A stretch of 64,000 nucleotides of DNA from Vicugna vicugna (taxonomy: Eukaryota). Positions 40,736 through 53,959 of the stretch are shown one piece after another. The position numbers and the translations under genes were made by a program. Below the pieces are notes generated by a model. That model saw only the letters and a list, made by a program, of their open reading frames with translations, was not told where the DNA came from and searched no databases. The stretch spans positions 558,001 to 622,000 of the forward strand of contig MU058054.1 in assembly GCA_013265495.1 (NCBI GenBank), read 5' to 3'. Each line of letters begins with the position of its first letter. The first letter of the stretch is position 1.

Positions 40736-41580
40736 CCTGAGACAGGAGTGCTGGGAGAAGATACCTCTCACTGGCAATTCTCCTCGTGCCGAACCTGAAT
40801 AGATCAAAACCATAAGTAAGCTGTTTCCATAGCTCCATCCTCCCTGCCGCCTTGGGGATCACAGATTTAATCCCTGCTTCTCACGACCAACTTGGGGAGG
40901 GCAGCCTCTCTGGCTTCTCCTCCCCTTGCTTCCATGCCACCCAGCTCTTTTGCAAAGGGCATTGTTCCTGTTCTCCCTCCACCGTAGGTCGATTCCTGAA
41001 CGCCCTTCATGTCTTTCTCTCTCTCCATGTGCGAGCCTGAGAGAGGAATGCAGAAACCAAAGGAGGGCCCAGGAAGGCAAATGGAAAATGATTATTCAAC
41101 AAGCTAAAAACTGCTCAAAACATAAACTCACTTTGATACTATCATCTGACTGAATTGGAGGATTGTAAAACCGAGAATAATGAATATTAAACAACTAAAC
41201 TTACAGTGTTGGATGGCCAGAGGGTATCAGGAGAGGGAGGGCAGGAGGCCACTTCATTCTTTGGACAGAGTTCTGGTCACCCAACACTAACACAGGAGGA
41301 ACTGAGCATTTTGAAAAACGAGTCTTGTGAAGTACTAGTGAATTTAAGCATTATCATTTGTGGGGGGTGGCGGGTGCAGTGGGAGGGGGCAAAGCAAAAA
41401 AGGTTAACAATTATTTATCTAGACTTATTATACATCAGAGCCAGACAGGTGCCCACAAAGAAGGTCACAGATGAAATACTGAAGAAATAGAAGCATATTG
41501 TAGAATAATAATATGTAGGATGTTGTGATCTATAAAAAGTTTAAAAATAGCAAAATTAAACTATTATTTATGGCTACATC

Positions 41581-42163
41581 TGAAACCCTGGGTAATCGTC
41601 AATTAAATCCGTTACACCTGTAATCTGCCTTCATTGATCAAGGGCGTTTTAATTGTTGCTACAGTAAAAACTTGTAAGTCCTCAAAGCAGCACGCAGTCT
41701 AAACAATCAGGTGTTTGCCTGAGTTATTTTCCAGAAACTTGGACTCACCTGTGTCCAGTTCGAGCTGAGGCAGTTAAGGCTGGATAGGACCACCCACCCT
41801 CCAACTGGGCACGCGTGTGTCAGCTCAGTGACGCTGTGACATCAGAGGGCAGAAAACTCCATCCTCAGATCGTGCCAAGTGCCTCTGTTTTGAACACACC
41901 TCCCGTGACGTGGCCTGTAGCTTCGTTACGCCCACGCAGAATGACGAGTCCCTCACCTTTTTCTTATTTCCAGTCACCTGTCCCCACGCTCCCCGTGCCT
42001 AAGTCCACCCTGCCCCTTTATCCTATAAACATCTCAAGCCCCTGGAGGCAGATCTGAGGCTCGTTCCCGTTTCTCCTCGCTTGGTTGCCTTGTGAATAAA
42101 CCCTTTCTTTGCTGCAAACCTTCGCTTGCTGTGCGTCAGGCAAACAAGCCTGCTTGAGCAACA
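41581..42163 (+). mobile_element. ERV (ERV1-like) solo LTR A inserted in an old L1 fragment
   Basis: TG...CA ends, TATA-like cctataaa near 42022, AATAAA near 42095, flanks catc/catt. Confidence 0.75.
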
Positions 42164-42520
42164 CATTCATGTGCGATAAAAGCATAAAGACACGGAAAGG
42201 AATGAAAGTCCCAAGTGTAAGACGGTAGGTGCCTCTGGGAGGAGAGAGGGCCGCGTGAGGGGGGTCAGCAAGGAGCACACTGGGCTGAGGTGGTCTTGGT
42301 TCATCGTATTAGGATCGAGACCTTTTTATATTTATGAAATACTTCCCAATACAGTTTTTTAAGAAGGAAAATTGATCACCTAAGTTGCTGGTGACCATTA
42401 CTACTACTGATAAGAAAAGGAACGGAGACAAGGACTCTTACCTCCTTCCTAGTGATTGACTTTCTATCTAAGAACAGACTCTAGAAAGTTTCACTCCCTG
42501 AATGGCCTAAAACAGTCTTG

Positions 42521-43141
42521 TGATAAGATATAGGCAGAGCACTGATGGGCAGAGCTGAGGCCCCACTGGGATGAGATGCGGTCACTTAAACTCCAGCCGC
42601 ACCCAGTGAGAAGACCCTGGTGTGCCAGCAGAACCAGCCCAAACCTGGCCCGAGCTCGTTCCTAACACGACACTGAGTTGTTTTTTAGAGACAACAGAAC
42701 AGAACCGCCAAGTCATACAGCCAAAGCATGCACAGAGGGGAACATTTTGATGTCAAACAACACCTGGAACCAAAGTTTCTACCCGCCTGGAACCAAAAGA
42801 CTGGCAGGACATGACCAGAATCTGGACACTGCAGCCCTTTCAGAGTGAAGGACCCACTGTTCATTAAGAGCCGGTGCTGAAGCCCCCTTACCACACTTTG
42901 CCGTAAATGGCCGTGTTCTAAAGCCCTTCTTCAATGGAAACCTGCCCCACATCCCAGCCCTCCCCCTCAGCTCATATAAGCTTGACCAAATCCCAAGTCA
43001 GGGAGACACAGATTTGAGCCTGCCTCCTGTCTCCTTGCCAGCTGACCTCGGAATAAAGCCTTTTCTTTTATCAAAAGCCAGTGCCATAATATTGGCTGCC
43101 ACACCCATCGGGCAGCGAACCCTTTGCTCGGGCGGATAACA
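42521..43141 (+). mobile_element. ERV (ERV1-like) solo LTR B
   Basis: TG...CA ends, catataag near 42973, AATAAA near 43052, U5-like cgggcagcgaaccctttgctcgg...taaca, flanks cttg/ctgg. Left boundary less certain. Confidence 0.72.
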
Positions 43142-43335
43142 CTGGTCCTGTATTTACTGATGTGAAGCCTGGTCTCCCTCGAATTTGCATGGACCAAGTA
43201 AATGCTGGATTTACAGTCAGCTCATCAGAAGAGCAGTGAATCTCAGAAACCCCCTCACAGCCCCTGTTGCACGCGTGTGAACGGTGTGGAGTCTTTACGT
43301 ATTTTAGTATCTCACATGGCATCAAGTTGACTTAC

Positions 43336-43622
43336 CTGCTGCTCCATGGTGCTTGGATCAATAAAAGTCACCAGGTCTATGGAAAAGTAACCAACCACAT
43401 TTTTCATTTTACAAGCATTTCCAATTTGGAGGCACAAAGAACTGAGAACTTGGGGATCCACTGAGGTCTGAGGCATGGTGGTCCCGGAGGAGATGAAGGG
43501 GCCTTCGGCATGAAACTGGTCCCCCGCTGACAGCACCCTGATTTCTCCGTTGGGCTCTATCAGCATGTCCACCGTCAGGTTGGTGACACTCTCTGCAGGT
43601 GGGTATGCTTCGATCACGCCTC
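43336..43622 (-). CDS. IQCH: IQCH internal coding exon (287 nt, phase 1 to 0): [96 protein letters not shown]
   Basis: Acceptor CTTTTCCCCCACAG|GA, donor CAG|GTAAGT. Open frame inside ORF 43312..43719. Peptide recognised as IQCH. Confidence 0.93.
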
Positions 43623-43714
43623 CTGTGGGGGAAAAGCACGGAGTGGGTGAGAGGACGAGTTTGCGTGGACCATGCCCGTTGAGAGCAGGAGGAAAGAGCC
43701 CAGGCTTTGGCGGA

Positions 43715-43925
43715 GGCACTCAGGCTCAGAGCCTGCATCTGATGTATCTTGTGAAACTTCGAGCAAGTAGCTTCAATTCTCTGAACTTCCCTTCCTCATC
43801 TCTAAAATGGGCATAATAAGACTTAACCTCCCCAGATTGTTGTGAATCCTCCTGATGCCACGTCTACAGTATTTCGTGCAATGCCTGGTGTGCAGCAGGA
43901 CTCAACGAATGGTAGTTTTGATCAT
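43715..43925 (+). mobile_element. MIR SINE
   Basis: ctctgaacttcccttcctcatctctaaaatgggcataata...gattgttgtga...atgcctggtgtgcagcaggactcaa. Confidence 0.7.
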
Positions 43926-44210
43926 AATTAGGAAGACACTGTAAACATCACCAAGTTTATGCCCATTCATTACATAAATGATGAACCCAAGGACTATAGC
44001 AAATCTCTCAGGGGGAATTAACTGCCCACCGTCCACAGTTTGTACCTGGATGACCAGTGCTCTTTCTGTTCAGCTTCCCTGCTTTTTGAAGTTTTGACAG
44101 CTTAGGGCTTTTGTCAGGCATAAGAGAACACTGACCATTATGTCAGCCAAAGGCCTTCTATATATAGGCAGTTGTTTTAAAATAAGGAGCCAGGAGATGC
44201 TGCCATTCTT

Positions 44211-44450
44211 TTTTTTTTTAATTGAGTCATAGTCAGTTTACAATGTTGGGTCAAATTCCAGTATAGAGCACAATTTTTCAGTTATACATGAACATACATA
44301 TATTCATTGTCGCATTTTTTTTGCTGTGAACTACCACAAGAGCTTGTATATATTTCCCTGTGCTATACAGTATAATCTTGTTTATCTATTCTGCATATGT
44401 CTGTCAGTATCTACAAATTTCGAACTCCCAGTCTGTCCCTTCCCATCCCT
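44211..44450 (-). mobile_element. Very short recent L1 3' end with perfect 15-bp TSD
   Basis: gatgctgccattctt at 44196-44210 and 44451-44465, with a poly-T tail. Confidence 0.93.
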
Positions 44451-46379
44451 GATGCTGCCATTCTTGAGGAACAGGTAAGCTTCCTCCGTGCTGACAAGGG
44501 GAGCTTTTTAATTTATCATATTGTACCTTTTGCTCTGAATAGCAAAAATCACAGATGCAAATTTGATGCTCGCAGCAGCCGTATCAGCCCTGGCTAAATT
44601 TGTGACCTAGCTCATTGGTGTCCACAAAAATTACATGGCCCCGTTTTCTGTTTCTAGGCCTAACTTATAAATCTTACTGTATACATCCCTTTTATAGAAA
44701 AAAATCAAATATCGTTCGTAAAGAATTAGATAATATAATTTTCAAGGAAAAACAACTAAGTTTTCCTAGACAAGGCAGCCTCTGGAGCCTGACAGTATTA
44801 AGATAAACTTGGCCTGTGTTTCAGGAATTTGCTGGGAGGTGACCTCTGCCCACAGGCTTTGAACAGCATATATGGTTAAACCCTGAGATTTTAACAGTTC
44901 TTAGATGCAGCCATCTGTTATTTTATATGAAAGGCCCTTTCCTTAAATGACTATAAATGTGGTTGGAGTTGGTCCTAAAGAAAACAGAGTTTCAGAAGGA
45001 AAACTAATTTATCTTTGTGGTTGGTTTGAGATGTGCTTTTTTTCAAATGAGGTTTCCTGTCCTGTGCTGGACCTAAATACTGGGTGCTGGGGATTTAGCA
45101 ACGTAAAGTCGATGGAACAGCAGTAACAAAACCCACAAAAATAAGCAAAAAAACCCCCAAAAACCAAAAACAAAAAAACCCCCACAAAACCTACTGAATC
45201 TCTCTGACTCAGAAAACTTTGTGGCTTTAGCCATCACCTACATTTTGAAAGATGGTGCTTCAGTGAAAACACATTATAGTTACCAGATTATTTTACTTCA
45301 AAGTAGCTTATTTGTATCATCTTCTTAGCGACATGACCACAGTCTTTTCACTTTTAATTTTTCTCCTTTCAAAGCAATTCATTCCTCTTTAAAAATGTGT
45401 TGCCTTTGATGTAATCCCATGACAATGTAGAAATCAAATCTATAGCACATTTTATGGCCATGAGTACACTTGAGAGAATAGAAATGAAAACAAATAGGCC
45501 AGAGGGGAAGATGGCAGGAGACGGTGGCCTTAGGGTCAGGAAACCGGGAGGACGACCCCGCCCAGTGCACACTTTATGCAGGGCCTGCTGTATGCACTGG
45601 GCTCAGAGCCGGGCAGAGGTTGGAAAACACGTGACTTGACCAGAACCGGATTTTTGAGACGTGCTCAAATTGTAGGATCGAACTGTGTTCCCACTCACCA
45701 CGTGTTCGTGTGTGATTTTGCCCCAGTCACTTCCTAGCTCTAAGCCTGTTTCTTCGTCTCTGAAATTGGCTCAATAAAGCTTGTTCTGCCTCCCGTAAAC
45801 CGCCATTGTGGTTACACAGCTCAGGTGCCACGGTGCCTGGGAAGACTCTTTCTAATCTACAAAGCTTACATGAAAATAAATAGATCAGAGGAGAGTTTGC
45901 AGGCTGACCTTGGAAGATCTGGGAACTTCCTAACCTCCTGTCCTATATGGACCTGAAGATCTTCATGGTCTTCCCCTCCTAACCGAAGAAAATCCTTTAT
46001 TCTTAACCATTTTTTTGTTGTTGTTGTTGAGCATACCTTATTTTCTTCCACTCATGCATGGGGCAGACTCCTTTAGTTTTACTTTTCTGGCAGTGGGTGC
46101 ATGTGGAAACTTGGAGACTCACAGAAATTTAGATTTGAGAGGACACTGAAGGCCATGCAGCATAACTGCTCCCCCCGCCGCCTCTTCTCCCCATACCAGT
46201 GAAGAATCCTTTCTCAGCATTCTTGTTAGATGGCAGGCCACCTGACGCCTCGCTGAAATAATCCATGAGCAGAGTGTTTACTGTGCCCTTCCACCCTACT
46301 CTGCCCTGCCGTGTGTTCCAACACCCAACAGACCTGTCCTTTCTGATGCGATCTCACACCCTGAGATAAGAGGTGTTCC

Positions 46380-47078
46380 TTCTGGATACAAGCCCAGGAG
46401 TGGGATTCCTGGGTCATATGGTAAGTCTATTCCTAGTCTTTTGAGGAATCTCCACACTGTTTTCCACAGTGGCTGGAAATCTACTTCAGGATGACACCTG
46501 CACCCCAATGTTCATAGCAGCACTATCTACAATAGCCAAAACATGGAAACAGCCTAAATGTCCATCAACAGGTGACTGGATAAAGAAGATGTGGTATATT
46601 TATACAATGGAATACTACTCAGCCATAAAAACCGACAACATAATGCCATTTGCAGCAACATGGATGCTCCTAGAGAATGTCATTCTAAGTGAAGTAAGCC
46701 AGAAAGAGAAAGAAAAATACCATATGAGATCGCTCATATGTGGAATCTAAAAAACAAAAACAAAAACAAACAAACAAAAACAAAGCATAAATACAGGACA
46801 GAAATAGACTCACAGACAGAGAATACAGACTTGTGGTTACCAGGGGGGTGGAGGATGGGAAGGGATAGACTGCGATTTCAAAATTGTAGAATAGATAAAC
46901 AAGATTACACTGTATAGCACAGGGAAATATACACAAAATGTTATGGTAGCTCACGGAGAAAAAAATGTGACAATGAGTGTGTATATGTCCATGAATGACT
47001 GAAAAATTGTGCTGAACACTGGAATTTGACACAACATTGTAAAATGATTATAAATCAATAAAAAATGTTAAAAAAAAA
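46380..47078 (+). mobile_element. Young 5'-inverted (twin-primed) L1
   Basis: 46380-46475 is antisense L1 and 46476-47078 is sense L1 with AATAAA and poly-A. TSD aggtgttcc at 46371-46379 and 47079-47087. Confidence 0.92.
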
Positions 47079-47149
47079 AGGTGTTCCCTGGTAACTACAC
47101 CCACTGGCTCCAGCCGAGACTCCAGGAGCAACATGGCTGGCTATTTATT

Positions 47150-47360
47150 GGCTCTGCTGTGTAGCCAGAGTGATTTGTATTCATAGAGTGATATGTTTTC
47201 ACAGAGTGTACCTCAGTCTGCTCCTCTATAAAGCGAGGGTGATAATGGTACCCATCTTACCTGCCTCACCCACCTCATAGGGCTGTTGCGAGGACCAGAT
47301 AAATTAATCTACGTGTACTTAGAATAGTGTCTGGCACATAGTCAGCATAGGCGGGGCTTA
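47150..47360 (+). mobile_element. MIR SINE
   Basis: cctcagtctgctcctctataaa...cacctcatagggctgttgcgagga...cttagaatagtgtctggcacatag. Confidence 0.75.
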
Positions 47361-48267
47361 TTAAGTTATCTTCCCTGTGCTCTTCCCACCATTGTGTTGC
47401 TGCTGCTGGCATTATCTAATATAATATTATTATGGTATTCTAATTTATTATTGTTAATATGATGTTATTATCACTTGACAGTGGTGAGTACAGTGGACAG
47501 ATCTCTCTTACTATTCATGGGGAGTAAACGTGTAAGAATATCTGCCTTACCTGTAAGGTCCTAGAGAGTGAGGAGCATCGTGTGGACGTGCCTCGGGGGA
47601 GGACTCCCACAGGACCCCCACGGCTGGGGATAAGCATTGTTTGCTCCACTCATCCCCTCACCCACTGACCTCCTAGTGTTGTTAGAAAGTTGAGAAGTTA
47701 GGAGGATGAGGAAAGAAGCGGAGACTGGCTTTGCTCCAGAGCTGCGGATGATCCTTATTTAGAAAGTCTGCCTTTAGAACTGAAAGTGAGACCATTTCTA
47801 TCTTCCCGGAAATGGAAGGAGAAACTATCATTTCTTAAAGACTTATTTTGAGTCAGGCTCCATGGCAAAGAAAAACTTCCATATCACTGATTTTCATTGA
47901 AGCCTCCCAGCAACCTTGTGAAGTAGGTGAGGACACTGGGCCTCCAAGGCTTTAAGAAGCTTGCTCAAGATCAAGCATGGGATCCAGACCCATGTCATCT
48001 GATTCCAAAGCCCACCTCTCAGGAGAAGTCTGTGATGCACCAGAATCTCGCTATGCATGGCATGCTTGGCATGGTCACTTCCTGTTTACTTGAGGCTGAT
48101 GCAAGATAAATATTTATGCCAAGTTTAAAGGAGAAAGAAAATCTGCTTGTAGGAGCACTTTCTAAACCAACAGAAGAGATGCAAGGTATTGAAACGGGCC
48201 CCAGGTTGACCCAAAACTAGAACTCAAGGTTGTGCAGAGCAAGCCTCAGCAGAATCTTGCAGTCTTA

Positions 48268-48498
<231 letters not shown>

Positions 48499-50324
48499 TT
48501 ACTGTTTACCCAGAGTCAGAAAGCCATTTTGAAGATTTTCTCTATTTTCCCAGCCATTTCAGGTTTCATATTTTGAAGTGCTTTTGTCCCTAAATATTGC
48601 TGCTAATTGTGTCTATACTCTTTTCTGTCTGGGCCCCATTTCAGGCCCACAGCAGCCTGACGAACAGAGTGTCCTCGGGCACTGGGCCTCCCCACCCTGG
48701 GCCTCAGTTTCCCACTGGGTAAAATGTGGGGTTAGCCACCTTTTCCGTAAGATCCTTCAGATCAGATTGTTTTTATCTTATGACCCTAACAGAGCTGACT
48801 CTGGGACAAATGATGGAGTTGGCAGCGTCTTTCTTCATCTCTGTAAGCCCCCGGGTCGGGGGGGGCCTCCATGTAACTGTGGGATCCAAGCCTTGAACCA
48901 GGACTGACACCAAAGCGGTGGGATTTAGGAGGGGGGAGGTTGGAAGAGCGAGGTGGGGAGGGAGGCTGGCCTCAGTCGCCCGATGTTCCCCACTAGGTCA
49001 CAGCCCCAGCTGAGTAGGTGTGAGGCTGGCCCCACTTTGTCGTACAACAGCCCCAAACTCCAGAGCCTCCTGTCAAAATGAAAACAGTAAGAAACCCTCT
49101 AATGATTAAGAAACCCAGCTTTTTGACATGAAAAGACTTGGTGTGTCAGGACAATTTGTTTTTGGGTTTTTTTTTTGGAAAGTCTATTTAACAATTTTTA
49201 GATAGAATCCACCTCTTCAGATTTTATTTCTGCCAGAAGGAGGGCGGGGCACTGGATACGAAACATTTTGATAGGCAGGATTCATATTCAAACTATGGGA
49301 GGTTGACAAGAAAAACCCAGGCTTGCTTTGGGTTGCTGGGGAACTTTTGAATCTGTGAGTGAACATCAATAATTTGGAAGGATCAGAGAAGAGTCGGCTT
49401 CGTCAAGTAGGGCTGGGAGGGGTCTTAGGCATAATCGGTATAGCCATTTATTTTCAATTTCCCTGCCATTAAAAAGAGATTGTCCTCCTCCGTCCCCCAC
49501 GCTCCTTGGAACATCTGGTTCATTCTGGGTCCAGTGCCCTCTGAAAATCTACAGTGGACGACAAGTATCTGAGAGTGCACTCTAGGCAGGTCCCAACAAT
49601 CTGAATAATTTCTGAAAAGTCCAGGAAATCCTGGTGGGAGAGACTCATCAGTTAGCTTCGTAAGTGGTTGTCATACAAAACTAAAATGCCAAGAGGCAGG
49701 GAGAGGGCAGCTGCCCACCCTCGGTCAGCATGGCTCTGCACAGTCGGGGAGTACTGCTGAGAAGGGCTAGGGAAGCCAGCTCCCGCAGTGAGCCCCTGCC
49801 TTGGGAGGTGGAGGTGGGGAAGTTGCTGTCAAAGCTGAGGGCCTTTCCCACTTCGAGTCCTGCTCAATTTACATTTTCTCTGCCATTTGCCGTCCATTAC
49901 CTCATCTCCCCAAGGCCCAGCATCTAAATCATAAACAAGCGTACAAAATGCACGGTTCCAACAACCTGGACTCCCTCTTGTTTCCTTCCTCCAAACCCAC
50001 CTTTCTTTTTGTTTTGTACTTGTTTCAGTTAAAACCATTCTACCCTACGGAAGACGACGAAGTGCCCGTGATCCATGCAGTGCCCCAAAGCTGGGACAGT
50101 GAGGAATGTCTGTGGGTTCCCCACCTGCTTGGAAATCTGAGTGTCAAAGAAGGAACCCCTGCAGGGCAGGCCCCCAGGGCAGTGGAGACCTCCTTTTTGT
50201 TCTGCCCTGATTAAAGGGCCCTTTCTGCCCTGTTTCTGAACCATCTATCCCATGATCTGCTATCTGTTGTCACATCAAGATAGTCCAAGAGAAATAATTC
50301 ATTTGTTCATTCATACCAAAACCC

Positions 50325-50545
50325 ACAGCTACTTAGAGTAGTCAAAAATCACAGAGACAGACAGCAGGATGGTGGCTGTCAGAGGCAGGGGTAGGTGGGT
50401 GTTAGTGTTTCATGGGTAGAGAGTTTAAGTTTTATGAGAGTTAATGGAGATGGATGGTGGTGGTAGTTGCCCAACATTATGAATGTACTTAATACCTCTG
50501 AACTGTAGATTTAAAAATGGTTAAGATGGTAAATTTTGTATTAAA
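50325..50545 (+). mobile_element. Old L1 (L1MB-like) 3' fragment
   Basis: agagtagtcaaaaatcacagagacag...tggagatggatggtggtggtagttgc...tttaaaaatggttaagatggtaaatttt. Confidence 0.8.
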
Positions 50546-52201
50546 TAAACAATTGAGAAAAAATTACAGAATGTCAGGCCTAACTGAACTAAGGAAAAAA
50601 GAATTATATGTTTGGGGGGGTGCTGGAAACGGAGGACGGCAGTGAAGGAGCAGGTGAAACCTTTGTCACCTAAATCATGAAACGAGATCTCCATCAGTTT
50701 CAGGATTAAGCTGAAACTCCTCAGTATGACACACACAAATGCGCTCTGTGACCTGGCTGCTAATTCCTAATGTTGCCCACTTCTTCCCTCTCTAGCTTCT
50801 AGCCTCACCCCAGACTGCTCTGGCTCAGTCTCTTTCCTCCACTTCCCTTCCTCATCTTCCTCCCCGGCTGATGCCTCCTCACCCTCTCTGAGTTAGTTCA
50901 GTCACACCTCCTCCAGGAAGCCTCCTGTGCCACCTCAGTTGGGGGCCTTTCTCCACACTCTCCAGCTCCCTGGGGGCTCTTTAATAGCATGGTCAGTGGC
51001 TTTGGAGTCAGTCTCCCCGGTGCTCGGCACAGGGAACACTCAATGTTTGTGGAATGAATCTTGGCGGTGATAAAGACAGGGACCCAGCCCTGAACAGCAG
51101 AAGTTACAGAATAAGGGAAAATGTGAAACAGGCTCCCTCCATGCTGCCCAGGCACCACCTGGGGGATAACCCCCTAAGAACCACCAGTTCTTCTGGGGTG
51201 GACATCATGAGATTCCTGGCTTCTGAGAGGCAATGGGAAGATAAATAAGGTGACATTTACGAAGTGTCACCTGAGACGCAACATGCTATGTGAGGGCCAA
51301 TAATTAACTTGTAAGGCTGTGGCTTGTGAGAGGCATCTGTCGGGCTGCCCTTCCCGCCTCTGCCTGCAAAGACAGCCATTCTGCCTCGATCTGCAGCCTT
51401 TGCACTGTGTACAAAGCCACAGCAAGGGGGCAAGTTTCCTAGAGGAGAGTCTGCTGTGGAAATTGTGTCCCATCATGAGAAATACACAGCCGAAGGCACT
51501 GGCAGGGTGACATTCAATAGGGGATGCTGGAGCACACACAGGCAGCTTGGGGCCATGCCGAACTCTGTAAGAAAAAGATATGCAGAGGGCTAATGGAGGG
51601 GGAGTGGTATTAACTGTTCAATTTAGTTCTTTATTTTGAAAGCATCTGATAGGAAACAGAAGGATTATGCTTAGAATGTCCTTGGTACCAATGAAGAGAT
51701 GTCAGATGCAAGTTCTCGGTTTGCGGGGTTTCTGTTCTCTAGTGTTTGTCATTTTGCATAGTTCAAACGTAATTACAACTTGAAGGGCTGATGCTGATAA
51801 GGGAAGATCTGTAGCTACTTGGGTTTATTCTGGTCGGAATAAACTTAGGTACACGCTGATGCACCCAGACACAGACGTACAAAATCACGCCAGGCAAGCG
51901 CCTAAACCCACGTGAGTCATCAGAACAGTATTTGTGAAATACTTTCTCTTGTCACATTCATCATCTCGCCCGGTCCTGACACCGGCACCCTGAGGTGGGC
52001 CGGCACGGGGTTATTTCCCCTGCTTTACGAAGAGGAAGCAGAGGCCCCTAGAGTGAAGAGGGTTGTGTAAGGTTGCTTGCCAAGCTGTCAGATTCTGTTA
52101 TTGGGTGATTTTCAACACATGACTGAAGACAGAAAACAGTGGAGTTGGGCGAACCAGTCCTAGTTTGCTTTCTTCCCTGCCTCTATTACTTTTGCAAACT
52201 C

Positions 52202-52254
52202 TGTGTGTGTGTGAGTGTGTGTGTGAGAGTGTGTGTGTGAGTGTGTGTGTGAGA
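52202..52254. repeat. Compound (TG)n/(AG) microsatellite
   Basis: Directly visible. Confidence 0.9.
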
Positions 52255-52960
52255 ATGTCTCTTATAAGCCAGCAACTGGGGCACAGGTTCTCTGCCTTAC
52301 ATACCTGTGAAACGAGCAGTTAGAAAGTTTCTTTTCACTGAGTCACATCAAGGCAATGGACTACCCCTAACTGTTTCAGAGTTTATCACCCACAGGGAGC
52401 AGATCGTTTAGAGCTGACATCTCAGGGGTATGGAAGGGAATGTCTAGAACTTATGGGTGATAAATAAATGTCAGAAAAATACCCTTTACTTTTTGAAAAA
52501 TAAATCAATTCCAGATATTCATTCCATCATGATTGCGCTGGCCCTGGCAATGCACATTAGCTGCTGGCTTTTGTGGAGCTAACAGCTCTAGAGCAGTTCC
52601 CATCCAGGAGACACTTGGCCCACATCGGTGCCAGCGCACGGCCAAGCCACCCTTTGTCCAACATCCGTATCTACCCCTCAGTGCACTGATAGTCATGACC
52701 TTGGAGGGTTCCAAGCTATCTGTAGAAGGCATAGGCCTGGCCAGACGCACCTACAGATTCTTGTCTATCAAGCATGGACCTTGCCTCTCAGCTCTCTCTC
52801 TTTTTCCTATCAAGAAACTGTAAATTTGAAGGAAGAGATATTCGACTGAAGAAATTCAGGATATCTCAGGGGAAACTTCTGGCATATCCAATTTAATATT
52901 GCCCTCAATGACTAAAACTACTTCAAACTCCAGAGACTTGAGTTTCCCAAGTAAATTCTA

Positions 52961-52974
52961 AGAGAGAGAGAGAG

Positions 52975-53006
<32 letters not shown>
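52961..53006. repeat. (AG)n(TG)n compound microsatellite
   Basis: Directly visible. Confidence 0.95.
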
Positions 53007-53009
<3 letters not shown>

Positions 53010-53959
53010 TGGGGAGGATGAGCAAGGAGGAAGAGGAAATACAAATGAGAATGCTCTAAATATCAGTCCCACCAATGCTCCTTTTACTTCAGAAACTTCT
53101 TTCCTGGATCTGCAGTGGTGAATTAACTAAAATTAACTTCTCAGCTAATCACCCCCAATCTCTCACATCAGACACTGTCTGGTGGTGTTCAAATGAGAAC
53201 CCACCTAGGTGGTTCTGTTTTATACAGCCTTCTGAGATCCCTAAATGGAAGAATAGAGGGTAACATAAGATCAAAAGGACAAGACAGTGACTTGAATAAC
53301 TAAGCGAGATGGTCAGAGTTGAAAGAAGCCACGTGGCCCACCTAAGACGAAGGCCTCATGTAACAGAAGAGGGTGGGGCTTCCGCAGTCCTACAGGGAGA
53401 CCCCAGGAGCTTGCGGGCTGCCTCTGGCTCTGCGGCAAGCCCTTTCCAGCCACCATCCCTGCTGCCTCTTTCACAGGGAAAGCGTGGGTTCCATGAAAGG
53501 TGTTTGGGATCTGAAGTGGCTAGTGGCACAGGGATGGAGAGAAGGGAGGGGTTCCTAACTTGAGGGTGAATTTAGGAAGGTTATTTTGCTTGCACAGGAC
53601 ATTTTGTATTTTTACTTTTTTTTTTTTTTTACCAGTATAGTTACTTTTTAGGTAAAACAGTAACTCTCTCTTATTGAAAGCTTACCATGTGGCAGGTCTG
53701 TGCCGGAAGCTTTATATTTATTATCTCAAAGCCACTCTCTGAAGTAGTTATCATCAACTCCATTTCATGTCACACAGCCATGAAGTAGCAAACTGGGATT
53801 CAAATCCAGTTGCTAGCAGTCTGCCATAGTGCAAAGGGATCTGTGTTTGCACCTGCCCTCAGTGTGCATAAATGGTCAATATGGGTCAGACTGGACCATC
53901 CACATGGGATGCTAAGTCTGTATCAAATTTATGAAAAGTGGTAGAGTGGATATCTGTTA

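Noticed and set aside
41581..43141. A provirus with paired LTRs
   Set aside because: The two LTRs differ strongly and have separate flanking duplications. The spacer is old L1 and unique DNA, with no primer-binding site or gag/pol.
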